Shown piece by piece: positions 11,781 through 27,175 of a DNA stretch of 64,000 nucleotides. Every line of letters starts with the position of its first letter. The first letter of the stretch is position 1. A program made the translations under genes and the position numbers. The stretch lies in NCBI GenBank assembly GCA_964016885.1, contig CAXHJY010001561.1, forward strand, positions 1 to 64,000. The letters are read 5' to 3'. The DNA is from Eledone cirrhosa (Eukaryota). Below the pieces are notes generated by a model. The model worked only from the letters and a program-made list of their open reading frames with translations, did not search any database and was not told the DNA's origin.

Positions 11781-14700
11781 CGCTAACGTAATAACGGAAT
11801 ATTTGGTTAGAAATGCAAAGAAAATTGTCAGATACCATCAATCCGAATATTCGATCCAGCTTTCAATAACGATTACTGTAGTAGTTCTTATTGAGATAGA
11901 TAGGACAGAAATACAGTACCATTTCGTGTTTGAATCTGTGCATAAGCTAGAAATTTACCTTAGAAAAACAAGATTATTTATTTTCTTTACTTTACTTTAC
12001 TTTACATCCAGATAAGAAATATTGTCAGACACAAAATATTTGATTGTTGGTTGTCGACAGTATCCGTCGATGGGTAATTATTTCTAGTGACTGCAGGAAT
12101 AGTTGGCACGCCATTATTTTTAATATAAATATCGGTTTTTATTGACTGGGTGACATAGCGCGATATATTTATGGGACGAATAGGGGGAGGGTAGGCTTAT
12201 AGGGACAATGTAAATGATGCGATTGAAGTTAATAAGGGTTTTTAAATATAAATATCAAATATTAAAAGAAAATAGATTTCAACTATTTGAAGCTTACTTG
12301 TCTGTGAATATAATGTCAATCAATATTTTAGACAACAAAGTTGAGAACACCGTAGCAAACGAGAGTATAAATCCTACCGAGGCGAGCTTTGCTTTCCGAG
12401 GTCGATAAATGAAGTATTAGTACTGGGACTGATTCTTCCTCTGACTAACCTTTTCTCTTTATCTCTCCTCCTTTTTTTCTATGGAAGAAATCGGCTGTGT
12501 TCCGACCTAAAGGGGAATGAACTTCGCCAAATTTAAAATTCCCAAGACCGCAACAACTTCATCAGGTGTTAAGAGCCCTTTTTTCACCCTTATGGAATAT
12601 ATGAACTTCAATCGTTCCTTATTCTATCCTTTCCATTCAAATACTTTGTATTTAGACAAACAGATTACAACCTTTTATTAATCCACACCCCAAAATTGTG
12701 TTGTTACCCTAATTGAGCAGACCGGTAAAACAGAAGTATTCCAATTCTGACCATCCCGTCTGTTGGCATATCTAGAACTAACGCTGACAAGTCAAGTCTA
12801 CAACATGGTTTCAATTCCTTGTTGAAGTCAATTCATTTCACCTGCACCGCTACATAAACGTTACATTTCCCATTTAACCTCTTCAAGATATGGCGGCTGT
12901 TTGCCTAGTTAAAACAAATAATTATTTATCTTTTTCTTGGAGCGAGTGATGTAGAACTTGGAGTAGGCTCTCAGTTAAAAACTGTGCTATTGTAGATTTG
13001 ATTCACAAAATATTGTTCATCGTTTAGATAAGTATGATATTTACTTTTTCGAGCTGTCACTGTTGAGGGAGAATTTTCCGGTACTCATCGATCGCTATAT
13101 AAATAATGAACTACAGTAAATCTAACAGAAAAAAAAACCTGAGCAGCTAAATCAATTACCAGTCAAGATAAAAGGGACAGAATGAAATTAGAGAATGGTT
13201 GTTAGGTCTTGGTTTGTTGCCAGGAGGTAATAAATAAATAAATAGAAGAGTTTATAAACTGAATGATGTGGTAAAAGCAGAAAATGCGTTTCCGCCTACT
13301 TCTACTTGATAAAGATGATAGAATATTATTACGATCTTAATCAATGGATTGAAAATAATGAGGAATTGTGAAATATATCGATATTGGAAGAACGCTATTG
13401 CCAAAACTATCATGCAAATTTGAGGGATACGTGAGTCGACAGAAAGAATTTATTCTGTACTAGTTTTATATCCTGATAGTGAATCTAGAAGATGAAGGCA
13501 AATATAAATGATTTATTCCTCCCTACTAAAGTATTTCGTTGCAACTGGTTAATAATATCTTTATAATGAAATATACTGGCAAAAATAAGCTAGTTGAGAA
13601 TTTGACTAACTACAAGTCTTTACAAAAATTGTATTCGGAATAAAGCAGGAAATGCAAACTGAATAAAGAGAACTCTTGAGAAAGAAAAAACAGTGAGAAA
13701 AACATGGCTAGTCTCTAACGTAAGAGTATAAAAATATTGGGAAGTATTTCATGAAGTTTCGTTTTCTTTAACGTGGTATGTTAGCTTTTGTGGTGGTTAT
13801 TGATCCTTTTATAGAACAAGTCCTGAAAGCAACGGCAAATATTGACAAACGGACTGTTTTCTATTGAATCAAGTAATCTCAAACGAAGAATTAATAAGCA
13901 CGTTAACAGAGAAAAGTAAATAAATGATGGTTTTTACTTCCTGAGAGACCACTTATATTATTCTCTATATTTCAACACAGGGGAATATCAACAAAGATAG
14001 ATATGAACACAGATGCAAAAATGCCATGTTATATATAATCTAATGATAATCTTTATATGATTGTTTTTTATATTGTTTATGCTGCTTTCAAAGAAAGTTA
14101 TAGAGGAAAGCCAAATAGTTCGAACTACGGAAATAAACGATGTTGATTAAATTATAATAGAGCATCGAATTTGAATGGTATAAGAACAGTAACATTTTTA
14201 ACGAGGCAGATCATGGGTTATAAAAGTACAGATTCTTTTTCTAAAAGCTACTAAAAATATAAAGATTTTTTTTTAGAAAATCAAAATCAAATATAGTATT
14301 TCTGGGATTGAGAACATTTTCGTCTTCTATTTTAGGTGAAAAAAAAACAACTGGTTTCTAGTTTGTGTTGTTGTTTTAACAAAATGAAGTATTTTCGAAT
14401 TATTTATTTATGCAATATCAAAAACGCCTTTTGATGTTTCATTGAGATATATAAATAAACGTAGGAAAATATATCTTGCCGACGTTTTTGTAGAGAAAAT
14501 AATTAGTTTCTTTAAAATTGTTTTAGTCACAGCTGAAATAACAAGGAAGTTGGTGTAACCTTCTAGATTTAATTTCAACCATAATATAATGAAGTACCTT
14601 TATCATAGTTTTACTGTTCGCACTTCTGATAATTACAAGAATAATGTTAGCCACAAATAAATTACCGTTCGTATCATAATGAGAGATAACAAGATTTTCC

Positions 14701-15023
14701 TGTAAATTGTTTCTAACCACATTCCACCTATTTATTGACGAATGGAATGGCATTGTTTTTATATACATATCATCACTGAATGGCTACGAGGTTCGCTTCT
14801 TAACCATTAGGTCCTCGGTTCGATCACACTGCGTGGCAAGGGTCATTTATTCTAGCCACGAGTCAGCCCATGTCTTGTGAGTGAAATTGAGTAAAGAAAA
14901 TGATTGGGAAGCCCGTCAGATGGACTGTACATATAATACAAAGGACCACCCTTGACAAACAACTGAATCACGCTGAATCTCCGTTACGGCTGCTCGTGTC
15001 TGCTCAGCCACTTACACTCAAAT

Positions 15024-15205
15024 TGAGCTAAGCAACAACATCATTAGCCACAGAGTCATTTGTCTACTGGATCAGGACTGATCTTGAGCTAAGGAACATC
15101 AGTAGCCAGTGAGTTTTGTTTGTCTACTAGATCAAGGCTGATCTTAAGCAACAACATCAGTAAACCCTGAGTCATTTGTGTACCGGATCAGGGCTGATCT
15201 TGAGC
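15024..15205. repeat. About 58-bp degenerate tandem repeat, 3 units
   Basis: Repeated gatcag(g/a)(a/g)ctgatctt..agc..aacatca motifs. Confidence 0.7.
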
Positions 15206-15659
15206 GGACCCTCAGGTTGACATGCCTGTTCTATCCGACGTTCTAACGACTCTGCCAATTCGCCACCTTTCAACTCTTCTACTAAATATTTTATACAATA
15301 AGCAGTAATTAGGTTGAGACAGTCGAGATTCGAACTTAAAATATTTACCCATATAGAGCAGCATTGTAAAAATCACGGACATCCGCTCAACGGTGGTAAA
15401 TAAAGTCGATTCTATTAAGAGATTGAGTATATTCAGATAATATATATCTATGAATAATTTCCTTCAATTTGACCTACTTTTATGTCAAATTATTTCTAAT
15501 TATCTATGCAGTATCTCCCCCAATCAATAGAGAAATGAATAAACTATGACAATTGATGAGGATATGTTTAATGATGCAAATGCCGTGCCACACCGGATAC
15601 ACACGTACGTATTATCGAGTGTCAACACACACATCTACACACACATACTCTCAGACATG

Positions 15660-16504
<845 letters not shown>

Positions 16505-16505
<1 letters not shown>

Positions 16506-17620
16506 TATAAGATCAAAAGATGGTTAAAGGAGTTCCATATATTTTATTATGCGCATTTCAAAAACAAACATCATCATGCAATAATATTTGTGTTTTCATC
16601 AGATAAAACAGGAGAACATGATATGAAGGCTAAAAAACACTTGTGGATAGTGCAGTTTTAAATCAACATATGAAAAGTGGTTTTAGATTGATGTGTGATA
16701 TTGGGAAAAATATTTTATTTAGAGAGGGGGGGAAAGAGATGAGAGGGAGAGATGAGTGATAGAGAGAAAGAGATAGTTTTTATAACTGAGAGGAGATATA
16801 TTTTTTACATAGAGAGGTTGAAAACCGTTGGAAGATACTGTATAAATTAAAAATTTTGAAAATTAACGAAGGGAGGATATGTGCGAGGAAAAAATATTTT
16901 ATTTAGGGAGGGGGGGGGTGGAGAGGATGAAAAAAAGGGGGAGGAGATGAGAGTGAAGGTGGAGAGGGAGAGATGGGTGATAGAGAGAAAGAGATAGTTT
17001 TTATAACTGAGAAAAAGATATGTTGTTTTAATATAGAGAGGTTGGGAACCGTTGGAAGATAATGTATAAATTAAAGGAATTTGAAAATTAACGAAGGGAA
17101 ATTATGTATGAAGATAGAGAGAAAAAAATAATAATTGTGGGTGAATATTCTAACGTCAAAAAAAGAAATGTATGTATTGTGGCAATTTCAAAATTAGCGA
17201 AGAGAAAAATTGTTAAGGTTTGTGTGTAGAAGGATTTGAGAAAAATAATGTGAAGTTAAAGTTTGTATATTGATTGAATTGATAATATATGCGAATAAAG
17301 AGTTAATATGTATTAATAATGAGTTCGTTGATGGGGAGAAAAAAATAATAATAAATTAAGGATGAAATTGAGATTAAAAAGATTTATGATAGAGAGAAAA
17401 AAAAAGATTTATGATAGAGAGAAAAAATAATAATGATTGCGGATGAATATTCAAATGTCAAAAACAAATGTTATGATTTTACGAGAAGATAGAATGAGGG
17501 TAATGAGTAAACGAGTATTATAGAGTGTATAATGCCCTTTAAAGTAAGGTAGATGGGTATATTTTAAAGAGGTGTATGTATATGTGCCTTTGAGAAAATA
17601 TTCTAAATTGATAAAGAATT
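16505..17620 (-). mobile_element. Penelope-like non-autonomous element (family P1), long copy between TA tracts
   Basis: The 3' end with its HHR is near-identical to 22081-22250. Upstream there are internal duplications and a THLPYFKG relic like the PLE LPY.KG motif. Confidence 0.6.
16540..16610 (-). ncRNA. Type I hammerhead ribozyme (P1)
   Basis: tgttttat-CTGATGA-stem II-GAAA-tgcgca-TA-ataaaata. Confidence 0.85.
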
Positions 17621-17638
17621 GTATATATATATATATAA

Positions 17639-17671
<33 letters not shown>

Positions 17672-17757
17672 AATATATATATATATGTATATAAATATAT
17701 ATATGTCTATAAATATATATATATATATATAAATATATATATGTAAATATATATATG

Positions 17758-17795
<38 letters not shown>

Positions 17796-18009
17796 TATAT
17801 GTATATATAAATATATATATTTCACGATTTCATATAAAAAACCTCGCTAAACTAATTCATCGCCGCTAAACTAAATATATATATATATAAATATATAAAT
17901 ATATATATAAATGTATATATAAATATATAGATAGATTTATATATATACATTTATATATATATATATAGAGAGAGAGAGAGAAAGAGAGAAAGAGAGAGAG
18001 AGAGCGATT

Positions 18010-18057
<48 letters not shown>

Positions 18058-18238
18058 TATACATACACACACTATTAGCAGTTTACCAAGTGATGGCGAA
18101 ATGAACAGACCTGCTTTTTTTCTATTTCTTCTTCCATTTTTTAGTTTCTCATTCTATTTTTTTTATAAAGGACTGGCGTCCGAAATATTAAGACAGAAAT
18201 ATGTATGTATCTATATAGATATATATAGATATATATAG

Positions 18239-18335
<97 letters not shown>

Positions 18336-19084
18336 ATTGATATCACATCATCGTGAGCCTTACAATTATGGGTTCGAATCCTATCCTGTGAATGAATTAA
18401 TTAATGATCGATAGATTTTCAAAGTTGAGTTATTTACGCTGTTGACTATATCTTTCATAAAAACTTGCCATCCAATAGCGCCATGTCATACCTTTTTACT
18501 TTTCTGTTATATTCTCTTTCCTTGTGTTTTGCTTTATATTTATTTTTTATTTTTTTTATTTTTGCTCTGCTTTACATTTGTTGTTTTACTATGATTTTTT
18601 TTTTTTCTTTTTTTGTTTTTTTTTCAAACAAGAATTACCTGTTCCTTTCGCAAGTCCGATGTTAAGTAATTAAGCCACGCCAAAATCTTTCAAGAATATT
18701 TGTATTACGATAGCGTCTAGAGATCACGGATTGCTCTTATTTTTACTATCTAGTTGTATTTCTGTTTTCATATTGGTACGTTTGTTTCTGTGAGCGTGTT
18801 CTGATTATATAAATATATTTATGCATGTGTGTAAAAGTTCGTTATATTTCGTGTCTTTGCATGAAAGTACTGTTACTGTATATCTTATAGATTTTGGGGT
18901 TTCGGGGGGGTTCAACAAATACTTGGCGAGGTATATGTTACTGATTGCATGTCAACGTATTTGTGATCACAGAAATATGTATGTATGTAACCTGTGAATT
19001 TGCTCTTCAGTTTGAATTTTTACAAATGCGAATTTTGTATTTAACTACGTAGGCATAAACTTATGTGAGCGCACATATACATAC

Positions 19085-19131
<47 letters not shown>

Positions 19132-19181
19132 AAGAATGAAGAGTAACATGGTTGGCTGTACAACAAGGGGCTTTATTTCAG

Positions 19182-19292
19182 GTATTAACAATTGTTTCAT
19201 TGATGAGGTTAGTCTAGAGGCCACTAATCGCTCGAAGTTGCGTCACTCGATCTCCATTATATTATTTACCTCTGACCAAATCCTCAGAATAC
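19182..19292 (-). ncRNA. Type I hammerhead ribozyme with ~82-nt stem II domain (P3)
   Basis: gtatt-CTGAGGA-t ttggtcagagg...cctcatcaa t-GAAA-caattg-TT-aatac. The related copy at 37796 reads aattgTCagtac. Confidence 0.65.
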
Positions 19293-19397
19293 GTACCTAT
19301 AACGATAACTTGTTATCCCATATATATATATATATATATATGGCCAACTCTCCGATCCCGCCCTGTCCGTCCCTTCAAATTTTCTAATTTCTCATTC

Positions 19398-19435
19398 TTT
19401 CTTCTAATGAAGGAGTAACGTCCGAAACGTTCAGA
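19398..19435 (+). ncRNA. Degenerate hammerhead (P4)
   Basis: ctaatga-a gga gtaacg tcc-GAAA-cgtt, with G5 mutated and a weak stem I. Relatives at 30441-30540 and 50370-50408. Confidence 0.4.
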
Positions 19436-19778
19436 TTCTCTTCCTATTTCAAGCGTTAAACTAATATATTCCTTCCATATAGTGTACCGTTTTTATTGTT
19501 ATTTCTGTTTACCTTTTACATACATACATACATACACACACGCGCACACACATATATATATATCTGCATACATATATAAACATCTATATATATATACATA
19601 TATATATATTCTATACATATATATAGATATACATACATATATATATACATACATATATATACATATATATATATATATACATATATATATACATATATAT
19701 AGATATACATACATATATATATACATACATATATATACATATATATATATATATATACATATATGTATGTATATATAC

Positions 19779-19857
<79 letters not shown>

Positions 19858-19859
19858 TG

Positions 19860-19905
<46 letters not shown>

Positions 19906-19930
19906 TACATACATATATATACATGTCTTC

Positions 19931-20070
19931 AAGAAGACATACGTCAAGCAACTTGAGGACAATACTGGATGCACTGCGGAAGAAATGGCAAACGCTATGA
20001 GAGGCAGAGATGGATGGAGGAAACGTGTCGTAGAAAGCCGAGCAAGCTCGACCTGATGATGATGATGATG
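19931..20070 (+). mobile_element. RTE LINE 3' end with (TGA)n tail
   Basis: Translates to [41 protein letters not shown], like the RTE M.DR..WR terminus. Confidence 0.8.
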
Positions 20071-20359
20071 ATATATACATATATATATATACATATATAC
20101 ATACATATACATATATATATATATACATATATCTATGTATGTATATATATATATACCTTTTACATACATACACACACAGATAGATAGATAGATATACATA
20201 TATATATATGTAGAAGTTATATTTAATTTGTTGGGATACAAGAAGCAAATATTTTTATAACTGATATAAAGCACTCAACAAATTTTTGGAGCTTCCAACC
20301 GACATGGTCGCATTCTTTAAGGGTATGTCAATATTTGTTTATAAAACTGATCTATATTA

Positions 20360-20424
20360 TATTTTATCTGATGAAAGCGCACCATAATTTGCTTTGGTGT
20401 CCTTGAAATATGTATAATGAAATA
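20360..20424 (+). ncRNA. Type I hammerhead ribozyme (P2)
   Basis: tattttat-CTGATGA-aagcgcacca...tggtgtcctt-GAAA-tatgta-TA-atgaaata. Confidence 0.75.
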
Positions 20425-20751
20425 AATATGGTTTTATAAATATAGTTTCCATTTGTTAATATATCATATATATATATATATATATATATATAACGAAGGA
20501 ATTGCGGTAAGGAACCAGATGGACCATAACGCACCAGAGTACTCAATACTTAGGGTAGTAGAGTGGGAAATAGGATTTTTTTTTTAAATTCTTATTTAGT
20601 CCAGAAACCAGAAATAGCCGTAGAAACGGCTTGAGCTCTTCCGTCGGGGTCATACTTTTTCCTATATATATATATATATATATATATAAATATATATGTG
20701 TATGTATACACACATATATGTATACATATATATATGTATATATGTATGTAT

Positions 20752-20790
<39 letters not shown>

Positions 20791-20804
20791 TATTATATAT
20801 ATTA

Positions 20805-20836
<32 letters not shown>

Positions 20837-20883
20837 GTCATATGATATTAAATAAATGGAAACTATATTTATAAAACCATATT

Positions 20884-20949
20884 TATTTCGTTATATATAT
20901 TTCAGGGATATCATATTAACAATATGTTATGCCGTCTTCAGACAAAATA
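20884..20949 (-). ncRNA. Type I hammerhead ribozyme (P2)
   Basis: Mirror image of 21110-21175. Confidence 0.75.
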
Positions 20950-21109
20950 CAATATAAACAGTCTTATAAATAAATAGATACGACATACCTTTCAATCACC
21001 TTGCATTTGTGAGGTTGATTTGTGAGGTTGATCTGCCAAATCAACCTCACAAATGCAAGGTGATTGAAAGGTATGTCGTATCTATTTATTTATAAGACTG
21101 TTTATATTG

Positions 21110-21175
21110 TATTTTGTCTGAAGAAGGCATAACATATTGTTAATATGATATCCCTGAAATATATATAACGAAATA
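21110..21175 (+). ncRNA. Type I hammerhead ribozyme (P2)
   Basis: tattttgt-CTGAAGA-stem II-GAAA-tatata-TA-acgaaata. Confidence 0.8.
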
Positions 21176-21903
21176 AATATGGTTTTATAAATATAGTTTC
21201 CATTTATTTAATATCATAAATATACTCCAAATACTTGTTGAGTGCTTTTATATCAGTTATAAATATTTACTCGTTGTTAACCCAACAATTTAAATATAAC
21301 TTTCCATATATATGTCATATATATATATAATACATACATATGTATATATATGAGGACTCCTTTGGATAGGGTGCATATTGTGTTGCGTGTTTATGTGCGC
21401 GTGTATGCGTGTTAAGAACAATAGAACAAACTTTACAACCACTTTTTCCCCTGTTTATTTAAAGGGCAGGAGTTATACATTTGTGGGGGGGGGGGTGAGA
21501 CCTTGCTACTATATGCACACATTTGTGTAAGAATATGTACTCTTTTTTTTGTGCATTTCATATTGTATTTATGTAAGTATACGTGTGTGTACGTGAGGGA
21601 TGTGTCTGTGTGAGTGTGTATGTTTATGTGTATGTTTATGTGTATGTTTATGCCTACGTCTATAAGTCAACACAGTAATGTCCTTTGCTTTGTTCCAGTC
21701 GGTAAAAGGTAAAATACTGGGGTGATGAGGGGGTATAGGTAGTTATTGTATCCATTAATAAGCTATTTTTCATGTTTCAAACTGGAAGACATGTCACTAT
21801 GTCGATATATATATCAGTGTATCTAAACATACGATTTGATTGCAGTGACATACTGTCGTGTCTCCTTCTGTATCCACTTTAAAAGTTCGTATATGTGTGT
21901 ATG

Positions 21904-21945
<42 letters not shown>

Positions 21946-22118
21946 GACATATATATATTATATATATTTAGACATATATATATTATATATATATGTAGGA
22001 GGTGAGTTTTATTGTAGTACAATAAAGCAATGCAGATATCGGATAAGAAGCACTCTACAGTTTGTAGGACTGGAGTATACATAATATAAGATCAAAAGAT
22101 GGTTAAAGGAGTTCCATG

Positions 22119-22189
22119 TATTTTATTATGCGCATTTCAAAAACAAACATCATCATGCAATAATATTTGTGTTTTCATCAGATAAAACA
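22119..22189 (-). ncRNA. Type I hammerhead ribozyme (P1)
   Basis: Same fold as 16540-16610. Confidence 0.85.
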
Positions 22190-22305
22190 GGAGAACATGA
22201 TATGAAGGCTAAAAAACACTTGTGGATAGTGCAGTTTTAAATCAACATATCGATTTAAAACTGCACTATCCACAAGTGTTTTTTAGCCTTCATATCATGT
22301 TCTCC

Positions 22306-22376
22306 TGTTTTATCTGATGAAAACACAAATATTATTGCATGATGATGTTTGTTTTTGAAATGCGCATAATAAAATA
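22306..22376 (+). ncRNA. Type I hammerhead ribozyme (P1)
   Basis: tgttttat CTGATGA aaacacaaatattattgcatgatgatgtttgttttt GAAA tgcgca TA ataaaata. Confidence 0.87.
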
Positions 22377-22573
22377 CATGGAACTCCTTTAACCATCTTT
22401 TGATCTTATATTATATTATATATATATATATTTAGACATATATATATTATATATGTACATTATGTATAAGTATTATATTTATATATATATATGTATATAT
22501 ATACATAAATATATTATATATGTACATTATATACATGTATCTATATATCTATATATATATATATATAATAATA

Positions 22574-22874
22574 ATTGTTTCTACTTTAGGCACAAGGCCA
22601 GCAATTACCCAGTGCATTACTGGTACTTTATTTTATCGACCCCGTAAGGATGAAAGGCAAAGTCAACCTCAAAGTCAACATTATCAGGGCGGTGAATTGG
22701 CAGTATCGGTAGAGGGTCGGACGCCATGCTTTCCAGCATAGTTACGTCCCTTTACGATCTGAGTTCAAATCCCGCCGAGGTTAACTTTGCCTTTCATCCT
22801 TACGGGGTCGATAACATAAAGTACCAGTAATGCACTGGGTAATTTGCTGGCCTTGTGCCTAAAGTAGAAACAAT
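22574..22874. mobile_element. Head-to-head pair of family A SINEs (truncated - copy, full + copy)
   Basis: 22574-22670 is the reverse complement of the 3' half of 22687-22874. Confidence 0.8.
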
Positions 22875-23140
22875 TATATATGTACATTATATATATGTAT
22901 TATACATATATATATCTATATATTATATGTACATTATATATATGTATTATATATCCATATATATCTATATTATATGTACATTATATATATGTATTATATA
23001 TCTCTATATATCTATATAAATATAAAAGGAACGATCGACTTTCGTCAAATCGGACCGAGGAAACAATGTTTCCATTGGTCTTTCCAATTGCTAATACTAT
23101 CTATCGGTCGCAACTCTTGGTAGGCAGAGCACTAATCGCA

Positions 23141-23174
<34 letters not shown>

Positions 23175-23460
23175 ATTTACAGAAACCCAAGAAGCTAGAT
23201 TTACCATCTTTCTAGCGGGTCCGGGTATGCTTTTTACATTCATTTGATTTATTGATTTATTGATATTTTATCTGAGTGTCCCGAATCTTCCAGATCGTAA
23301 TTTTTCGGTCGTATGGTTGATTTTAGACATGTTCTATGTGTGTCGGTATTTTAACGATAGTTATAGCTCTGATTTATCTGAATTATTGAGCCCTCTGCCG
23401 CTCATTTCGAATTTTGTTTATCGTGAACTCGTGCGCCGATTTTTCGATACTCGATTATTC

Positions 23461-23878
<418 letters not shown>

Positions 23879-24018
23879 TAGATAAATCTACCAAGAGTTT
23901 ACGGTAGTGTCCAATCCGTATGAAGAACTCAATGTATTCCGGATATCATGGAAAGAAGAGATGTAATGAAAAATCACTTTCGGTGAAAGATAAACGGTAT
24001 ACAGAGTCAAGATATATT

Positions 24019-24189
<171 letters not shown>

Positions 24190-24258
24190 AAAAAGAGATG
24201 AAATCGAAAATGCAACTGGAGTCTTATTTTTTTTTTAAATATATATATTTATTTGGTT

Positions 24259-24296
24259 CCTTTACCGGTTTCGCAGTTCTTCTGCTTTTCAAAAGG
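24259..24296 (-). ncRNA. Minimal type I hammerhead, U3-A8 core variant
   Basis: cctt-TTGAAAA-gcag aagaa ctgc-GAAA-ccgg-TA-aagg. Confidence 0.7.
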
Positions 24297-24380
24297 TGAG
24301 TTGAGATGGCGGGTCTGTGGTTTTTCTTTCACTCGTGTAGGACACCTCGGTTATTTTTCATTTTGTAAAAAAAACCTCAC

Positions 24381-24423
<43 letters not shown>

Positions 24424-24641
24424 GTAGTGTAAATAACTCATACTGAAACCCTGTAATTAACAAGCTCAAAGTATAAATACTCTCTGTCCGAGAGATATAA
24501 TAGTTATTGAGGCGGTTTGTATAATTTTATTTTATTTTATCATTCTGTCTGCTTCATGGTTAAATATTTCAAACAAATGTGGTTCTCCAACCCTCGTAAA
24601 TTAGACACACGATTTACTGTGTTTCTTACTACATATATTAT

Positions 24642-24743
<102 letters not shown>

Positions 24744-25204
24744 GTACAGATTTTGGTCTTCATAATTATTATTACTATGTATATATATATATATATATAT
24801 ATAAGTATGTATATATTCTACACAAAATTACGATCCGATCATATGTCAAATAAACAAATTGAGTATGTGTATGTATGTGTGAATGAAAATGTTTGTATGT
24901 ATGTGCGTTTGTCTCTTATAATATTACAGCGTGTCCTATGTGTAAACAATTTTAAATCTCTCAATTTAACATTTGTCAACATAAAATCGATGTTGCAAGG
25001 TCGTTTCAAAACATTTCTGATAAATACCAAAACCTTCGTTTCCCATATAATGTGTTTTCTTATTCTAGTTTTATAGTTCAGTTGTTCTGTTACAGCTTAT
25101 TATCAACAAATAAATCCATTAAGTTTTTCTTATAGATTTTCCACTAGGATTCAAAACACAATATCTATAAATACTGTTCATTTCTATATTTATGATGAGA
25201 TTAT

Positions 25205-25497
<293 letters not shown>

Positions 25498-25629
25498 TAG
25501 TATGTTTGCGCATGTCAGTGTGTGTACGTGTATACTTGCATAGCTATTTTTTTTACATCTACTTACATCTACTTTGTACATATATATATACATGTGTGTG
25601 TGTGTATGTATACATATATATATACATAT

Positions 25630-25949
25630 ATACATACATACATTATATAAATATATATATTATATTTGCATACATACATTATATAAATATATATATTATA
25701 TTTACATACATACATTATATAAATATATATATTATATATACATACATACATTATATAAATATATATATTATATATACATACATACATTATATAAATATAT
25801 ATATTATATATACATACATACATTATATAAATATATATATTATATATACATACATACATTATATAAATATATATATTATATATACATACATACATTATAT
25901 AAATATTATATATACATACATACATTATATAAATATATATATTATATAT

Positions 25950-25957
<8 letters not shown>
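25630..25957. repeat. 36-bp AT-rich minisatellite
   Basis: Unit tacatacatacattatataaatatatatattatata, about 9 copies. Confidence 0.9.
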
Positions 25958-25993
<36 letters not shown>

Positions 25994-25996
25994 GCG

Positions 25997-26042
<46 letters not shown>

Positions 26043-26259
26043 CGTGCAGCGAGATATAAGCAGAAAGGAGATATTAATATAAGAGAGAATGGTTAATATA
26101 CGAGAAATGACAGGCAGCTAGAAAAGAAGGAATTGAAGAAAGAAACAACGTGGAATGATGGATATATGGAATATGTTAGTTAGATATGTAGTGAGACGAC
26201 TGACAGACAAATAATTGTTTCTACTTTTGGCACAAGGCCAGCTATTACCCCAGCGCATT

Positions 26260-27175
26260 ACAAAGAGCGCAGCTCCCTAATTCATAGTCTACAAGTGGCT
26301 GCGATAGCTGGCACCTTCAAAATTTGCAAAACATTCTTGCGATTCAAGGGATGACAATTTCTTTTCTTTTACAACCTTGCCACCAGGAAGGTGGCCGGTC
26401 AAAAGATATACTCGAAATTAAGAGAAAAAGATAATATATATACATAGATAGATATATACCTACATATATAATGACTGTTATCAAGTATGGCCATTGCACG
26501 ATATACTATTATTAATAATTATCAATTAATGCTATCGTGCAATGCCTGTGCGTGAAGATTTTTTCTAAAGTAAGGAAAGACTGTGCACTGAGCCAATCCC
26601 ACTCTCTGAGCGACAGTAGCTGTAACCCCAAAAGAAGAAAAGATCAACATCATCGGTAACTACTGAGCCGCAGGTTTATATCGGAGTTATCCCAGTTTCC
26701 TGACCCAGAATGCCCTGACAAAGGCTAGGGGTCCTTCAGTCCCAATACATACATACATACATACATACATACATACATACATACATACATACATACATAC
26801 ATACATACAAATGGCTGCGATAGCTAGCTAGCACCTTTAAAAATTTTCAAAATATTCTTGCAATTCAACGGTTGATAGTTTCTTTCCTTTTACAATTTCC
26901 TACCAGGAAGGTGGCCGGTCAAAAATGTACTCGAAATTAAGAGAAAGAGAGAGATATATACACACATACATACATACATACATACATACATACATACATA
27001 CATACATACATACATACATACATACATACATACAAATGGCTGCGATAGCTGGCACCTTCAAAATTTGCAAAACATTCTTGCGATTCAAGGGATGACAATT
27101 TCTTTTCTTTTACAACCTTGCCACCAGGAAGGTGGCCGGTCAAAAAAATATACTCAAAATTAAGAGAAAGAGAAA
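26260..27175 (+). mobile_element. Three copies of a non-LTR 3' end, probably RLE-type (26260-26430, 26810-26950, 27035-27175)
   Basis: Translates to LIHSLQVAAIAGTFKICKTFLRF*, resembling the LQ..A..GT..I terminus of restriction-like-endonuclease retrotransposons. Confidence 0.5.

Larger units (their letters stand above)
20841..21218. repeat. 182-bp-arm palindrome of the PLE-like P2 3' end, 14-nt spacer
   Basis: Arms 20841-21022 and 21037-21218, with one mismatch seen. Confidence 0.9.
21994..22414. mobile_element. PLE-like P1 head-to-head insertion with 163-bp palindrome arms
   Basis: 3' extension at 21994-22080, arms at 22081-22243 and 22252-22414, TA-rich flanks. Confidence 0.8.
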
